In this document: positions 54,765-64,000 of the stretch, one piece after another
Numbering within the stretch: the stretch's first letter is position 1
Layout of the letters: every line of letters starts with the position of its first letter
IMG/VR virus record: IMGVR_UViG_3300035670_000172
Coordinates: 4,403-68,402 of that record
DNA: 64,000 nt
Reading direction: 5' to 3' (one strand)
DNA from: a virus
Program-made: the position numbers and the translations under genes
Notes under the pieces: model-generated
Databases searched by the model: none
The model's input: only the letters and a program-made list of their open reading frames with translations
What the model was told of the DNA's origin: nothing

Positions 54765-56741
54765 ATGGCTGCAATAGATCTTGGTAGACTAAGGTTCTAT
54801 CATCAGGGTGCATATAGTGGTGCTACCACATATGAAATTAACGATGTTGTGTCGTATGGTGGAAAATCGTATGTATATATCAATACGACAAATGCTGCTG
54901 GCAACCTCCCAACAGACACCACATACTGGCGTGTAATGTCAGAAGGGCAGGACTACAAGGGTGCATGGTCAACGGCTAGCGCTTATATCGTAGATGACAT
55001 TGTGCAAAGAGGCGGCTCAACATATATTTGTTTAGTAGCCCACACATCAGATACATTTTCAACAGACCTTGCGGCGAATAAATGGGAATCATTTGTTCGT
55101 GGTCTTAGAAATCGTGGTTCATGGGCATCAAATACGGCTTATTTGAAAGACGATGTTGTTTATAATGGCATTGACTACTCAATTGCAACAACTGATTTTA
55201 CATCAAACTCCCCTGGGTTTGTTGATGAGACTCCTGGTAATTGGGAGACTATCGTTAACGGCGCAGACCCAATTCCAGCTCAAACTGGAAATACGGGGAA
55301 GTTGCTTACAACTGATGGAACGGATGCGTCTTGGACAAACTCTCCGTCTATTTCAAGCCTAGCAGTTTCTGGTAACACTTTTGTTGGAGCAAATGCTGGA
55401 ACATTTGCAACAACTCTTACCAACCCAACTCTTGTTATCCAGTCAAACACAACAGATTATTCACAAGTTGCATTTAGAAATCTTGGAACAAACGCAAATA
55501 GCTCAACAGACTTTATTGCGTATGCAGATGAAGGTGATGATGATACTGGCTGGATTGACATGGGTATTACATCAACAAACTTCTCGGATCCAAGTTTTAC
55601 CGTTACTGGACCTCATGACGGATATGTATTCGTAGAAGCACCAGCAAACAGTTCTGGACATGGAAACTTAATTCTTGCTACTGGTGGTAATGGTACACAA
55701 AACAAGATTATCTTTGCAGCTGGCGGTCTTCAGAGTAGCAATACTCAGATGATTATTACCCCAGATACATCTGTAAACATCAACATCGCTACTAATGCAA
55801 CAAGCTCTACAACTGGAGCTCTTGTTGTTGCAGGCGGTCTTGGTGTTGGTGGTAATGTTTACATTCAGGGTAATACCAGTATTCAAGGAACTATCACTGT
55901 AGGTGGTGGTGCATTTGAATCAAATAACCTTACTGTATCAGACCCAATTGTGTTCATGGGTAATACGAACACTGGTGATACTTTTGACCTTGGCTTTGCT
56001 GGTAAGTTTGACGATGGTACTGTCAAGTACGCAGGTCTTTTAAGAGATGCAAGTGATGGTAAGTTTAAACTATTTACTGATCTTACATCTGCTCCAACCA
56101 CAACTGCAAACTTTGCAGCGGGATCAAATGCATCCTTGGTTGTTGCAAACTTTGAAGCAAGCGGTAACGCTGCTGTGACAGGAAATGTCACTGTAACAAC
56201 AGACCTTACAGTAACAGGTAATACCACAGCATCAACAAACTTAACTGTAACAGGAAATGCTACTGTGACAACCGATTTGGCAGTAACAGGAAACACTACT
56301 CTGTCAACAGATCTTGCTGTAACTGGTAACACAACACTGACTGGTGGTTTGACAGTTTCTGGTCCATTAACGGCTGCTGAAATGTCTGAAATCGCAATAG
56401 CTGGCTCGCTGGTAGGAGCTCAAGTCAATGAGCTTACGCTGAACTGGACAGCTACAAACATTGTTTTTGTAGCTGACCCAGGCAACAACATTACACTAGA
56501 TATTACAAATGTTCCAACTACAAACAACAGAGCATTATCTGTGTCTGTGATGGTCTTCCAAAGTGCATTCCAGGCTTTTATTCCTAATGTATTGAGTATT
56601 GATGGTTCTGCTCAAACAATTAGATGGTCAGGCGGGTCTGCTCCTGCAGGTACTCTAGATAAGATTGACATCTTTAGCTTCGTGTTGCTAAGGCAATCAA
56701 ACTCTTGGATAGTCTTTGGTAGTTCAAGCTTGAACTTTTAA
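54765..56741 (+). CDS. tail fibre / receptor-binding protein
   Basis: GAW-x4-Y-x2-DDIV repeats, GALVVAGGLGVGG, 12-aa LxVTGNTT repeats, KIDIFSF C-terminal module. Confidence 0.8.
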   Translation: MAAIDLGRLRFYHQGAYSGATTYEINDVVSYGGKSYVYINTTNAAGNLPTDTTYWRVMSEGQDYKGAWSTASAYIVDDIVQRGGSTYICLVAHTSDTFSTDLAANKWESFVRGLRNRGSWASNTAYLKDDVVYNGIDYSIATTDFTSNSPGFVDETPGNWETIVNGADPIPAQTGNTGKLLTTDGTDASWTNSPSISSLAVSGNTFVGANAGTFATTLTNPTLVIQSNTTDYSQVAFRNLGTNANSSTDFIAYADEGDDDTGWIDMGITSTNFSDPSFTVTGPHDGYVFVEAPANSSGHGNLILATGGNGTQNKIIFAAGGLQSSNTQMIITPDTSVNINIATNATSSTTGALVVAGGLGVGGNVYIQGNTSIQGTITVGGGAFESNNLTVSDPIVFMGNTNTGDTFDLGFAGKFDDGTVKYAGLLRDASDGKFKLFTDLTSAPTTTANFAAGSNASLVVANFEASGNAAVTGNVTVTTDLTVTGNTTASTNLTVTGNATVTTDLAVTGNTTLSTDLAVTGNTTLTGGLTVSGPLTAAEMSEIAIAGSLVGAQVNELTLNWTATNIVFVADPGNNITLDITNVPTTNNRALSVSVMVFQSAFQAFIPNVLSIDGSAQTIRWSGGSAPAGTLDKIDIFSFVLLRQSNSWIVFGSSSLNF

Positions 56742-56753
56742 TGGAGGTATATT

Positions 56754-57668
56754 ATGGGTTTTCTTTTTAAAGCATCAAAAACTTTTGGACCATTAAGCCC
56801 AAGACAGCTTCTGGCTAGACTGGCAAGGTTTACTGACACATTTACTACTGCAAATAGCACAACCACATTGCCAGTATCAGTGGCAACACCGTGGGAAGCA
56901 ACTCGTGGAGTATGGGGGGTTGTCAGCAATAAAGCCTACTCAGTAAGCGCTCCAGGCAGTTACGCAGTCGCTGTTGTTGATACAAAAGGAGAAAACGCCT
57001 CGGTTAAATCAACAACTGATAACACTCATGCTGGAGTAGGTGTTTCTTTTTGGGTAACTGATTCCAATAATTGGTGGGGAGCTCATAGTAAAAAAGTATC
57101 TACAACTGGAACTCCGTACACCTGTCCATCAGGCGGGACATTAAGCGGCTCCACATGTAGCTATACATATGGAGCAACTGCTTATGGAAGCGTATACTAC
57201 TACTGCCCAGGTGGTTATTTTTATCACGGGATCTGCTGTCAATTAAATGGTCATGAATGGGTTGGGTGTATTGGACCAAACCACGCCCCTGGTCCAACAA
57301 CATACGGATGCCCAAGTGGTGGTTCTTTGAGCGGTACAACTTGTTATGTATCCTATGCAGCAAGCTTAACAACATACTATGTTCATACGCTTGAGACAGT
57401 TAAAAACACTGCTGGGTCAATTTCAACAGTAAACTCAACTACAGTTGCCAACACAACAAACAATAGCGATTATGTTGGTTTTGTTAGAGCTAATACTGGT
57501 TCATCAAGTGCAACCATAACAGCTCAAATGACATCTGGTGGTGCTGTTGCATCATACACAGCCTCTTCTGGAACTCCAGCAAAAGCTAAAAAACATGGTA
57601 TGCTTACTGGTCCGAGTACTTTGAATGTTGGAACAACAATTGCAACATTTGACTACGATCCACTTTAA
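56754..57668 (+). CDS. Ser/Thr-rich virion protein with Cys-rich insert
   Basis: YTCPSGGTLSGSTC / YGCPSGGSLSGTTC repeats. Confidence 0.7.
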   Translation: MGFLFKASKTFGPLSPRQLLARLARFTDTFTTANSTTTLPVSVATPWEATRGVWGVVSNKAYSVSAPGSYAVAVVDTKGENASVKSTTDNTHAGVGVSFWVTDSNNWWGAHSKKVSTTGTPYTCPSGGTLSGSTCSYTYGATAYGSVYYYCPGGYFYHGICCQLNGHEWVGCIGPNHAPGPTTYGCPSGGSLSGTTCYVSYAASLTTYYVHTLETVKNTAGSISTVNSTTVANTTNNSDYVGFVRANTGSSSATITAQMTSGGAVASYTASSGTPAKAKKHGMLTGPSTLNVGTTIATFDYDPL

Positions 57669-57685
57669 TCTAGATAGGAATCTTC

Positions 57686-57844
57686 ATGGAAGAATATAGC
57701 AAAAGCAAGGCTCAAGAGCGTCTTGATATTTGTAAACAGTGCCCCCGTCTATTTAAACCAACTATGACATGCAAAGAGTGCGGTTGTTTTATGAAAGTTA
57801 AAACTCATTTAATAAACGCTACTTGCCCATTAAATAAGTGGTAG
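57686..57844 (+). CDS. small Cys-rich protein (52 aa)
   Basis: ERLDICKQC...CKECGCFMKVKT...CPLNKW; AGGA RBS. Confidence 0.75.
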   Translation: MEEYSKSKAQERLDICKQCPRLFKPTMTCKECGCFMKVKTHLINATCPLNKW

Positions 57845-57854
57845 TATTATTGGT

Positions 57855-58250
57855 ATGAAAAAATACGAAATAAAAAAAACAACTATGGGACCAGCTGTCC
57901 TTTATGAAAACGAGATTCTTTTCTTGGATCAAACAATAAGTTTTTTTGACATCATTGACGAAGACCCAGAGTTTTTGTGGGACATCACAGATGCAGTAAT
58001 TGCTCATTATGACGAGCAAGTTAGTTCTTTTAGGTCAGCGCTTACAGATCGTCATACCGCAAGTGCTGGTCCAATTCATACAACCGTAGCTATTATAAAT
58101 AGCTATTGGGAATTGATATTTGATAAATATCCATCGTACAGCCAATCAGTCTTGAAAGCTCAAGGCGAAGATGCCGTTTGGGATATGTCTGATCCAAAAA
58201 AAGCTTTAATTCATCGTTTTTATTCAAAGGCTGATCTTAATGATAATTAA
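57855..58250 (+). CDS. hypothetical protein
   Basis: 131-aa ORF. Confidence 0.65.
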   Translation: MKKYEIKKTTMGPAVLYENEILFLDQTISFFDIIDEDPEFLWDITDAVIAHYDEQVSSFRSALTDRHTASAGPIHTTVAIINSYWELIFDKYPSYSQSVLKAQGEDAVWDMSDPKKALIHRFYSKADLNDN

Positions 58251-58848
58251 CCCTAATTTTCACTATAGCACAACTCATCCTTTTATTGCACTAAGCGGAG
58301 TGTTTACTAGTGACGAGTGTGATTTGATTAGCGATATTGGTAGCAGTTTGCCGATGATGGATTCTGTTGTTGGCGGAGAGCAATCTATTTATAGCAATCA
58401 TCGTCAATCAAAAAATTCTTTCATGAACCCAGTCGCTGAGACAGATTGGATTTTTAATAGACTTATTGAGGCATCCACCTTTGTCAACGACAAGTATTTT
58501 CAATATGATTTATATGGTTTTTCTTATATTCAATACACTGAATACGGGAGCGATTTAGATCACTACAACTGGCATATGGACATTGATCCAGTTAAAGATG
58601 TTCAGATTGGTAATATCGCTACAACAAGAAAATTGTCTTTAAGCGTGATTTTAACAGACCAAGGTGATTTTGAAGGTGGAGATTTTGAAATATATATGAA
58701 TCCTGATGCAACAGCAGAGCATGTTGTTAATCAAGAAAAAGGAAGTGTTATATTTTTCCCATCTTACGCAATGCATCGTGTTACGCCAGTATCTGACGGA
58801 ACAAGAAAAAGTTTAGTTGTTTGGATAGAGGGTCCGAAGTTTAAATGA
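58240..58848 (+). CDS. 2OG-Fe(II) prolyl-hydroxylase-like oxygenase
   Basis: YNWHMD, RKLSLSV, FEGGDF, FFPSY-x2-HRVTPV-x3-TRKSLVVW. Confidence 0.9.
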   Translation: MIINPNFHYSTTHPFIALSGVFTSDECDLISDIGSSLPMMDSVVGGEQSIYSNHRQSKNSFMNPVAETDWIFNRLIEASTFVNDKYFQYDLYGFSYIQYTEYGSDLDHYNWHMDIDPVKDVQIGNIATTRKLSLSVILTDQGDFEGGDFEIYMNPDATAEHVVNQEKGSVIFFPSYAMHRVTPVSDGTRKSLVVWIEGPKFK

Positions 58849-59579
58849 CATTAGATATTCGTTTTGTCCCAATAGGGAAGATCGCAGCCACCGCAACACA
58901 ACATCCAAAACCATCTAAATTTTATGTCCCAGAATGGTGGAGAAAAATTGATTCTTTTATTGGAGGCAAGGCTGACTATCTATCCGACTCCAGCTTGAAC
59001 ACTTCTGTAAAGCATTGCATGCCGTACATAGATGCTTTGACAGGTGGATATATTCAAGAGCTGTCAACCGATATATATATAGAAATCAGCAAAAATAATA
59101 ATAATGAGTTTGTTGTAAAAATCAATCATTCATTACAAATACCAGGACTTGTCCCTGTAAGATACCGCACATACCCAAAGAATTCAAACATTCAAAAATT
59201 TCCAGAAGGGTATTATCCAATTGAATTTACATGGTCTGAGAACTGGGTTGCAGACACACCAGTTGGCTGGTCAATGCTATATACTCATCCAATGAATAGA
59301 TATGATCTACCATTTATAACACTGTCTGGCATAGTTGACACAGATCGTGGTCATGTTAATATTGATGGTTCAATACCTTTTTACATCAAAGAGGGGTTCT
59401 CTGGTGTAATCCCAGCAGGAACCCCTATTTATCAAATGATTCCTGTAAAGAGAGAATCTTGGAAATCTGATATTGAGGAGTATAGTGAGTATAGATATTT
59501 TAGAGACCTTCCTAAATTAAAAAAATATTTTACTGGCGGTTATGTAAAAAGCATTTGGCACAAAAAGAGGTATGACTGA
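58845..59579 (+). CDS. conserved phage protein (DUF6065-like)
   Basis: VKHCMPYIDALTGGY, HPMNR, SGIVDTD, GTPIYQMIP. Confidence 0.7.
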   Translation: MTLDIRFVPIGKIAATATQHPKPSKFYVPEWWRKIDSFIGGKADYLSDSSLNTSVKHCMPYIDALTGGYIQELSTDIYIEISKNNNNEFVVKINHSLQIPGLVPVRYRTYPKNSNIQKFPEGYYPIEFTWSENWVADTPVGWSMLYTHPMNRYDLPFITLSGIVDTDRGHVNIDGSIPFYIKEGFSGVIPAGTPIYQMIPVKRESWKSDIEEYSEYRYFRDLPKLKKYFTGGYVKSIWHKKRYD

Positions 59580-60331
59580 TGAAAGAAAAGAATTCTAATG
59601 AAATCATTGTTTACTGGTCCCCCTGGTGGGCTCCAGAGCCTGGGGTTAATCTAGATATCATATATCACGATCCTGTAAATGTTTTTAAAGACTTTATATC
59701 AAGAGCAGACCCAGATAGGCTTTATCCTAATTACATTAACTGCCCAGCCGTTTCTGAAAAATTTAAAAGAACCTTTATGGTAAAAAATGTTGCAGAAACA
59801 GCTTTGAGATGTTCATTTAATGAAAAAAAAGAGCTGGATATTACTTATTTAAATTCAAAAACAACAAATAATGCTGCTGGCATTACTCACAAACCAACTC
59901 TTAAAGATAATTATCTTTTTGAATACCATATGGCTTACGCTCTTTTTGCAGAAGAAAGTTTGACATTGGCTACAAGCTCTCCTTACTTTCATAAAGCACC
60001 ACATCTGCAGTACGGAGCAATAGTCCCAGGCTCTTTTGATATTGGTCGCTGGTATAGACCGATTATCTCAGAATTTAATTTATGGGAGGGAAATGATTAT
60101 TTCCATATTCAACCAGATGAGCCATTAATGTACTGGGAGTTCTTTACCGATAAGAAAATTATTTTAAAGAGATATGAAAGAACACAGAAGCTATATGACA
60201 TTACAAGTTCTGTTATTAATTTTAAATTAGTAAAGAGAGGGTCAAATTTGTTGTCAAGATACAGAAAGTTTGACGATTCAGCGCTAAGAGCAGTTATTCT
60301 TAAAGAAATTAAGAATAACTTATTGGAGTAG
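59579..60331 (+). CDS. conserved phage hypothetical protein
   Basis: CPAV, PGSFDIGRWYRP, DEPLMY. Confidence 0.7.
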   Translation: MKEKNSNEIIVYWSPWWAPEPGVNLDIIYHDPVNVFKDFISRADPDRLYPNYINCPAVSEKFKRTFMVKNVAETALRCSFNEKKELDITYLNSKTTNNAAGITHKPTLKDNYLFEYHMAYALFAEESLTLATSSPYFHKAPHLQYGAIVPGSFDIGRWYRPIISEFNLWEGNDYFHIQPDEPLMYWEFFTDKKIILKRYERTQKLYDITSSVINFKLVKRGSNLLSRYRKFDDSALRAVILKEIKNNLLE

Positions 60332-60332
60332 T

Positions 60333-61805
60333 ATGAATGTTGTAGTGGTAGGCTCAGGCACTGCGGGTTTAATATCTGCTATATATTTAAAACAATCTTT
60401 CCCTAAATATAATATTAAAGTTATTTCATCATCATCAATTGGCATTATTGGTGTTGGTGAGGGTTCAACTGAGCACTGGAGGCAATTCCAGGATTACTGT
60501 GGAATTGATCCTCTTGATATGATCATAAACACAGATGCAACTTATAAACTAGGAATTCGTTTTGAAGGCTGGACAAAACACACTCAGGATTACTTTCATA
60601 GCATTAACTCAGCTGGCGCTCTTCATAAGGGAAATTTCATACCAAGCTATGCGGATGCTGTATTGGAAAATGAACTGCTGACAAATCGGTTCTCTTCTCT
60701 CGGGATTAAAAGAGATGAGATTGATAATATCAAAGATCATCCTCGCTATGCAAATCAATTTCATTTTGATACATTTAAAACAAATGAGTATTTTATAAAT
60801 ATAGCAAAAAAAAGAGGGATTGTTTTTATTGATGACGAAATCACGAATGTTAATATAGATTCTGAATCTGGATTTATTAATAGCGTTAGTTTAAAAAATA
60901 ATAAAGATATTAAAGGTGATTTTTTTATTGATGCTAGTGGTTTTAAAAGAGTGCTAATGAGTAAACTTCCTAACCAGGATTTTGTCTCATACAGAGACTA
61001 TCTTTCGTGCGACTCAGCGATAGCTTTTCCAACAGAAAGTGATCCATCTGGAACGATCAAGCCGTATACAAGGGCAATCGCTATGAAAAACGGGTGGAGA
61101 TGGGAAATTCCAACTCAAAAAAGAAGAGGGAATGGCTATGTGTTCTCTTCAAAATACGCTACTGAGACAGAAATAGTTGATGAGCTATCAGAAACATTTT
61201 CTAGAGAAATCATTCCTGCAAGATCTTTTAGGTTTGAACCTGGTTACTATAAAAAAACATGGCAGTTTAATTGTGTTGCTATTGGTTTATCTGCAGCATT
61301 TGTTGAACCATTGGAGGCAACTTCAATCAGCACAGCAATACAGCAAGTAATAATTCTTTCATCCCATCTATCTACTTTCAATAGAAATACTAGATTTGGA
61401 ATTGAAGAATACCACAGGCAAGTTGATTCACTTATGGAAAATATTCTTGCCATGATCTCTATGCATTACATTACTGATAGAGATGATACTGTTATGTGGA
61501 GAGAGCAAAGAAATATGAAAAAACCAGATCTAGTTCAGAGGCTGCTTGGGTTATGGCAAGAAAGACTTCCAGAGCCTCAAGATATACCAAGGGCTGGCTT
61601 TGAATTATTTCATGTTTATCATTTTTATCATGTAGCACAGGGTCAAGGTCTAATAAATAAAGATAATGCAAAAATTCAACTTGATTCCTATGACTCAAAT
61701 TCTTTTATTAAAAATTGGTATAATACATATAGTAATGCAAGAAATCTAAAACCACTTATAGACCATGCAAGAGCGCTGAGGAATTTGTATGGTAGAAATA
61801 GATAA
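60333..61805 (+). CDS. tryptophan-halogenase-family flavoprotein
   Basis: VVGSGTAG, IGVGEGST, ATYKLGI, FIDASGF, GWRWEIP, FVEPLEATSI. Confidence 0.9.
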   Translation: MNVVVVGSGTAGLISAIYLKQSFPKYNIKVISSSSIGIIGVGEGSTEHWRQFQDYCGIDPLDMIINTDATYKLGIRFEGWTKHTQDYFHSINSAGALHKGNFIPSYADAVLENELLTNRFSSLGIKRDEIDNIKDHPRYANQFHFDTFKTNEYFINIAKKRGIVFIDDEITNVNIDSESGFINSVSLKNNKDIKGDFFIDASGFKRVLMSKLPNQDFVSYRDYLSCDSAIAFPTESDPSGTIKPYTRAIAMKNGWRWEIPTQKRRGNGYVFSSKYATETEIVDELSETFSREIIPARSFRFEPGYYKKTWQFNCVAIGLSAAFVEPLEATSISTAIQQVIILSSHLSTFNRNTRFGIEEYHRQVDSLMENILAMISMHYITDRDDTVMWREQRNMKKPDLVQRLLGLWQERLPEPQDIPRAGFELFHVYHFYHVAQGQGLINKDNAKIQLDSYDSNSFIKNWYNTYSNARNLKPLIDHARALRNLYGRNR

Positions 61806-62361
61806 TTTCATTCCGCAGTTCTATCAAGATTCAATACTTAATACCTTGTTGGAAAATAACATTGATTGGCGTTATGTTGACGGTGTTGCTGGGGCAACAA
61901 CAAATGTAAAGACTCCTGGGGTTAAAATGTCAAAAGATCAGACTGCGTTTTACCATGTTGCCTTTAGAGATGGTAAGCCCGAGTCTCATTTATTTTATGC
62001 ATTAAGACCTATGATTTATGCATTAGAAGATTATTTAGAAAAACCTCTGTCTGACCTATCAAGGATTAGAATCGGCTTAACAAAACCATCGTGGTTTTCA
62101 GGCTATCATGCACCGCATGTTGATTTCTATGCAAGGCATAAAACTTTGCTATACTATGTAAACGATAGTGATGGAGATACTGTGTTTTATAATGAAAAAT
62201 TTCAAGGCGACACTAGCCTAAGTAAATTTACAGTGCAAAAGAAAGTAAGTCCAAAAAAAGGGAAGGCTGTTATTTTTGACGGTGATCACTACCATAGCTC
62301 TGGTATTCCAAAAAATACTTTAAGAAGAGTTGTTATTAATATTAATTACAGGGTGGACTGA
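61789..62361 (+). CDS. 2OG-Fe(II) oxygenase
   Basis: PHVD, LYYVNDSDGDT, PKKGKAVIFDG-x2-YHS, RVVININ. Confidence 0.85.
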   Translation: MVEIDNFIPQFYQDSILNTLLENNIDWRYVDGVAGATTNVKTPGVKMSKDQTAFYHVAFRDGKPESHLFYALRPMIYALEDYLEKPLSDLSRIRIGLTKPSWFSGYHAPHVDFYARHKTLLYYVNDSDGDTVFYNEKFQGDTSLSKFTVQKKVSPKKGKAVIFDGDHYHSSGIPKNTLRRVVININYRVD

Positions 62362-62927
62362 TGATTGTTGTAGATGATTTTTTACCAAAATTTTATCAAA
62401 GATCTATTCACGACAGCATTGTTTTTGAGCAGACACCTTGGACAATTATTGATGGCGTGAGCGGTACAAGCTCAGATGTATCTATACCTGGGGTAAACAT
62501 ATTAAAAACACAAACTGGTTTTTATCATGTTTGTTACGGCGATAATCAAGTTTATTCTAATTTATTTTACACTCTTAGACCAATTATTGATGCAATTAGT
62601 CACTACCAGCAGGAGCCTGTAAAAACTCTTCTCCGAATTAAAGTTGGGATGTTTATTAAATCACCAGAGGCTGGATCCAACTCGCCTCATGTTGATTTTT
62701 CTGATAATCACAAGACTTTCTTATACTATGTAAACGATAGTGATGGAGATACTGTGTTTTACAATGAAAGTTATAGAAAAGGATTTAGTAATAATAAGTT
62801 TACAGTGAAGGATCGCATAGAGCCAGTGATGGGTCGTGCAGTGTTTTTTAATGGTCTACAACACCATAGCTCATCACCCCCTTTTGTCAATGACAGAAGG
62901 ATTGTAATTAATGTAAACTATTTGTGA
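62361..62927 (+). CDS. 2OG-Fe(II) oxygenase
   Basis: PHVD, LYYVNDSDGDT, HHSS, RIVINVN. Confidence 0.85.
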   Translation: MIVVDDFLPKFYQRSIHDSIVFEQTPWTIIDGVSGTSSDVSIPGVNILKTQTGFYHVCYGDNQVYSNLFYTLRPIIDAISHYQQEPVKTLLRIKVGMFIKSPEAGSNSPHVDFSDNHKTFLYYVNDSDGDTVFYNESYRKGFSNNKFTVKDRIEPVMGRAVFFNGLQHHSSSPPFVNDRRIVINVNYL

Positions 62928-62933
62928 GATTTT

Positions 62934-63563
62934 ATGTTTAAAATTATAGATAATTCAATACCATTCCATTTTCAAGAATCTCTTAAAGCAATAGTTTTAA
63001 GCCCCGATTTTCCGTGGTCATACACTGACATTTTTACTTCTGACGGTAGATCTGATATTACAAAAAGAACGAAATTTACATCTAATGGTATTAATTTTGA
63101 TAGAGGGTATGGTTTTAATCATCACCTGTATTTTTTTCAAAACGGGGTGGAGGGGGAAAGATCACCATTCTTTGATAAGTTCTATCCAGTTGTGTACTCA
63201 TGGATGAATGAGGTTGACATTGTTCAAATTATAAGAATGAATCTCAGGCTTACAACTAAGATATCTAGCAATGCAGTTTTTGATGAGCCTCATACCGATT
63301 ACACAGACAAGGGTATAAAAACAGTTGTTTATTATCTTTTTGACACCGATGGCGATACTTTGTTATTTAATAGAAAATTTCAAAACGGCGATCTTGATCG
63401 CAGCGAAATTCACCTAGATGTATCTCAATCCGTAACTCCTAAGCAAGGTCGGGCGATATTTTTTGATTCTGATACATATCATGCAGGAGCTCACCCAGGT
63501 ATTACAAATAACAGGATAACGCTCAATGTGCAATACTTAGATTCAACATTTAGAACAAGATAA
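62934..63563 (+). CDS. 2OG-Fe(II) oxygenase
   Basis: PHTD, YYLFDTDGDT, PKQGRAIFFD-x3-YHAG, RITLN. Confidence 0.85.
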   Translation: MFKIIDNSIPFHFQESLKAIVLSPDFPWSYTDIFTSDGRSDITKRTKFTSNGINFDRGYGFNHHLYFFQNGVEGERSPFFDKFYPVVYSWMNEVDIVQIIRMNLRLTTKISSNAVFDEPHTDYTDKGIKTVVYYLFDTDGDTLLFNRKFQNGDLDRSEIHLDVSQSVTPKQGRAIFFDSDTYHAGAHPGITNNRITLNVQYLDSTFRTR

Positions 63564-63653
63564 TGTGTCCATTTAGCTTTGTATTTGTATTTGTTTTATT
63601 AAATAGATTTAAGGATTTTGTCAAATTAATACTTTCTAAGTTATAATCTTTAT

Positions 63654-64000
63654 GTGAAAATTAACTTTCGTAAAGGTTCTTGGATAATACTGCCTGCGTT
63701 AATTCTCTCTATTGCATCTATATTTGTATCATCATCATACGCAGGTGCAACATCTGTTTCTATCCCCGATGCTGGGTTTGAAGATAACACCTTTACTGGT
63801 TGGTCAATAGGTTCACAGACAGGAAACCTGGGTGCTTCAATTAATGGGAACGGAACTGGCGTAACCATATTTAATGGCTCACGAACCTTTACTCATGGTG
63901 CAAATGGAGCAATGGGAAGTCCTACTTTGTCAGACGGTAGCCCAAACCCATATTACGCTTCTGCGGTAGCGGCTGGAAGTTGGACATTTTCACCAAAGGG
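63654..64000 (+). CDS. secreted/surface protein, partial (runs off window)
   Basis: GTG 63654; MKINFRKGSWIILPALILSIASIFVSSSYA signal-like, then SIPDAGFEDNTFTGW. Confidence 0.65.
   Translation, partial: MKINFRKGSWIILPALILSIASIFVSSSYAGATSVSIPDAGFEDNTFTGWSIGSQTGNLGASINGNGTGVTIFNGSRTFTHGANGAMGSPTLSDGSPNPYYASAVAAGSWTFSPK

Noticed and set aside
51852-56332. Minus-strand ORFs within capsid and tail genes
   Set aside because: Antisense shadows of strongly supported plus-strand structural genes.
56160-56360. DNA tandem repeat as a separate element
   Set aside because: Explained by 12-aa LxVTGNTT repeats of the tail fibre.

Overview
A 64-kb segment of a large, AT-rich tailed dsDNA phage. The host is probably a freshwater actinobacterium (WhiB, an actinobacterial-type ferredoxin, TANNNT promoters and apparently leaderless genes). 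0-9.8 kb: glycosyltransferases, Cas4-like/RuvC/Hjc-like nucleases, small and large terminase. 10.1-28.8 kb: a co-oriented block of about 50 small, mostly acidic hypothetical genes with WhiB, an SLT-like muramidase, a GHKL+HEXXH protein, tRNA-Arg and structured non-coding RNAs. 28.9-29.6 kb: a non-coding convergent gap. 29.6-35.8 kb: a more GC-rich array of 11 self-contained minus-strand gene cassettes. Each has an upstream bulged hairpin with an invariant TGCGNNTAGCA core, TTGAAT exactly 43 nt downstream, a TANNNT -10 exactly 21 nt further, a 5' leader hairpin, an RBS, 1-2 small genes and a terminator. A small RNA carrying an 18-nt complement to 23S rRNA helix 69 lies just upstream of the array. 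36-45.6 kb: accessory genes and tRNA-Asn/Thr. 45.6-57.8 kb: class II RNR, portal, prohead protease/scaffold, major capsid and tail-fibre-like genes. 58-64 kb: a 2OG-Fe(II) oxygenase/flavin halogenase cluster. The cassette array is the most notable candidate novel system. All calls come from reading motifs by eye; no database search was run.
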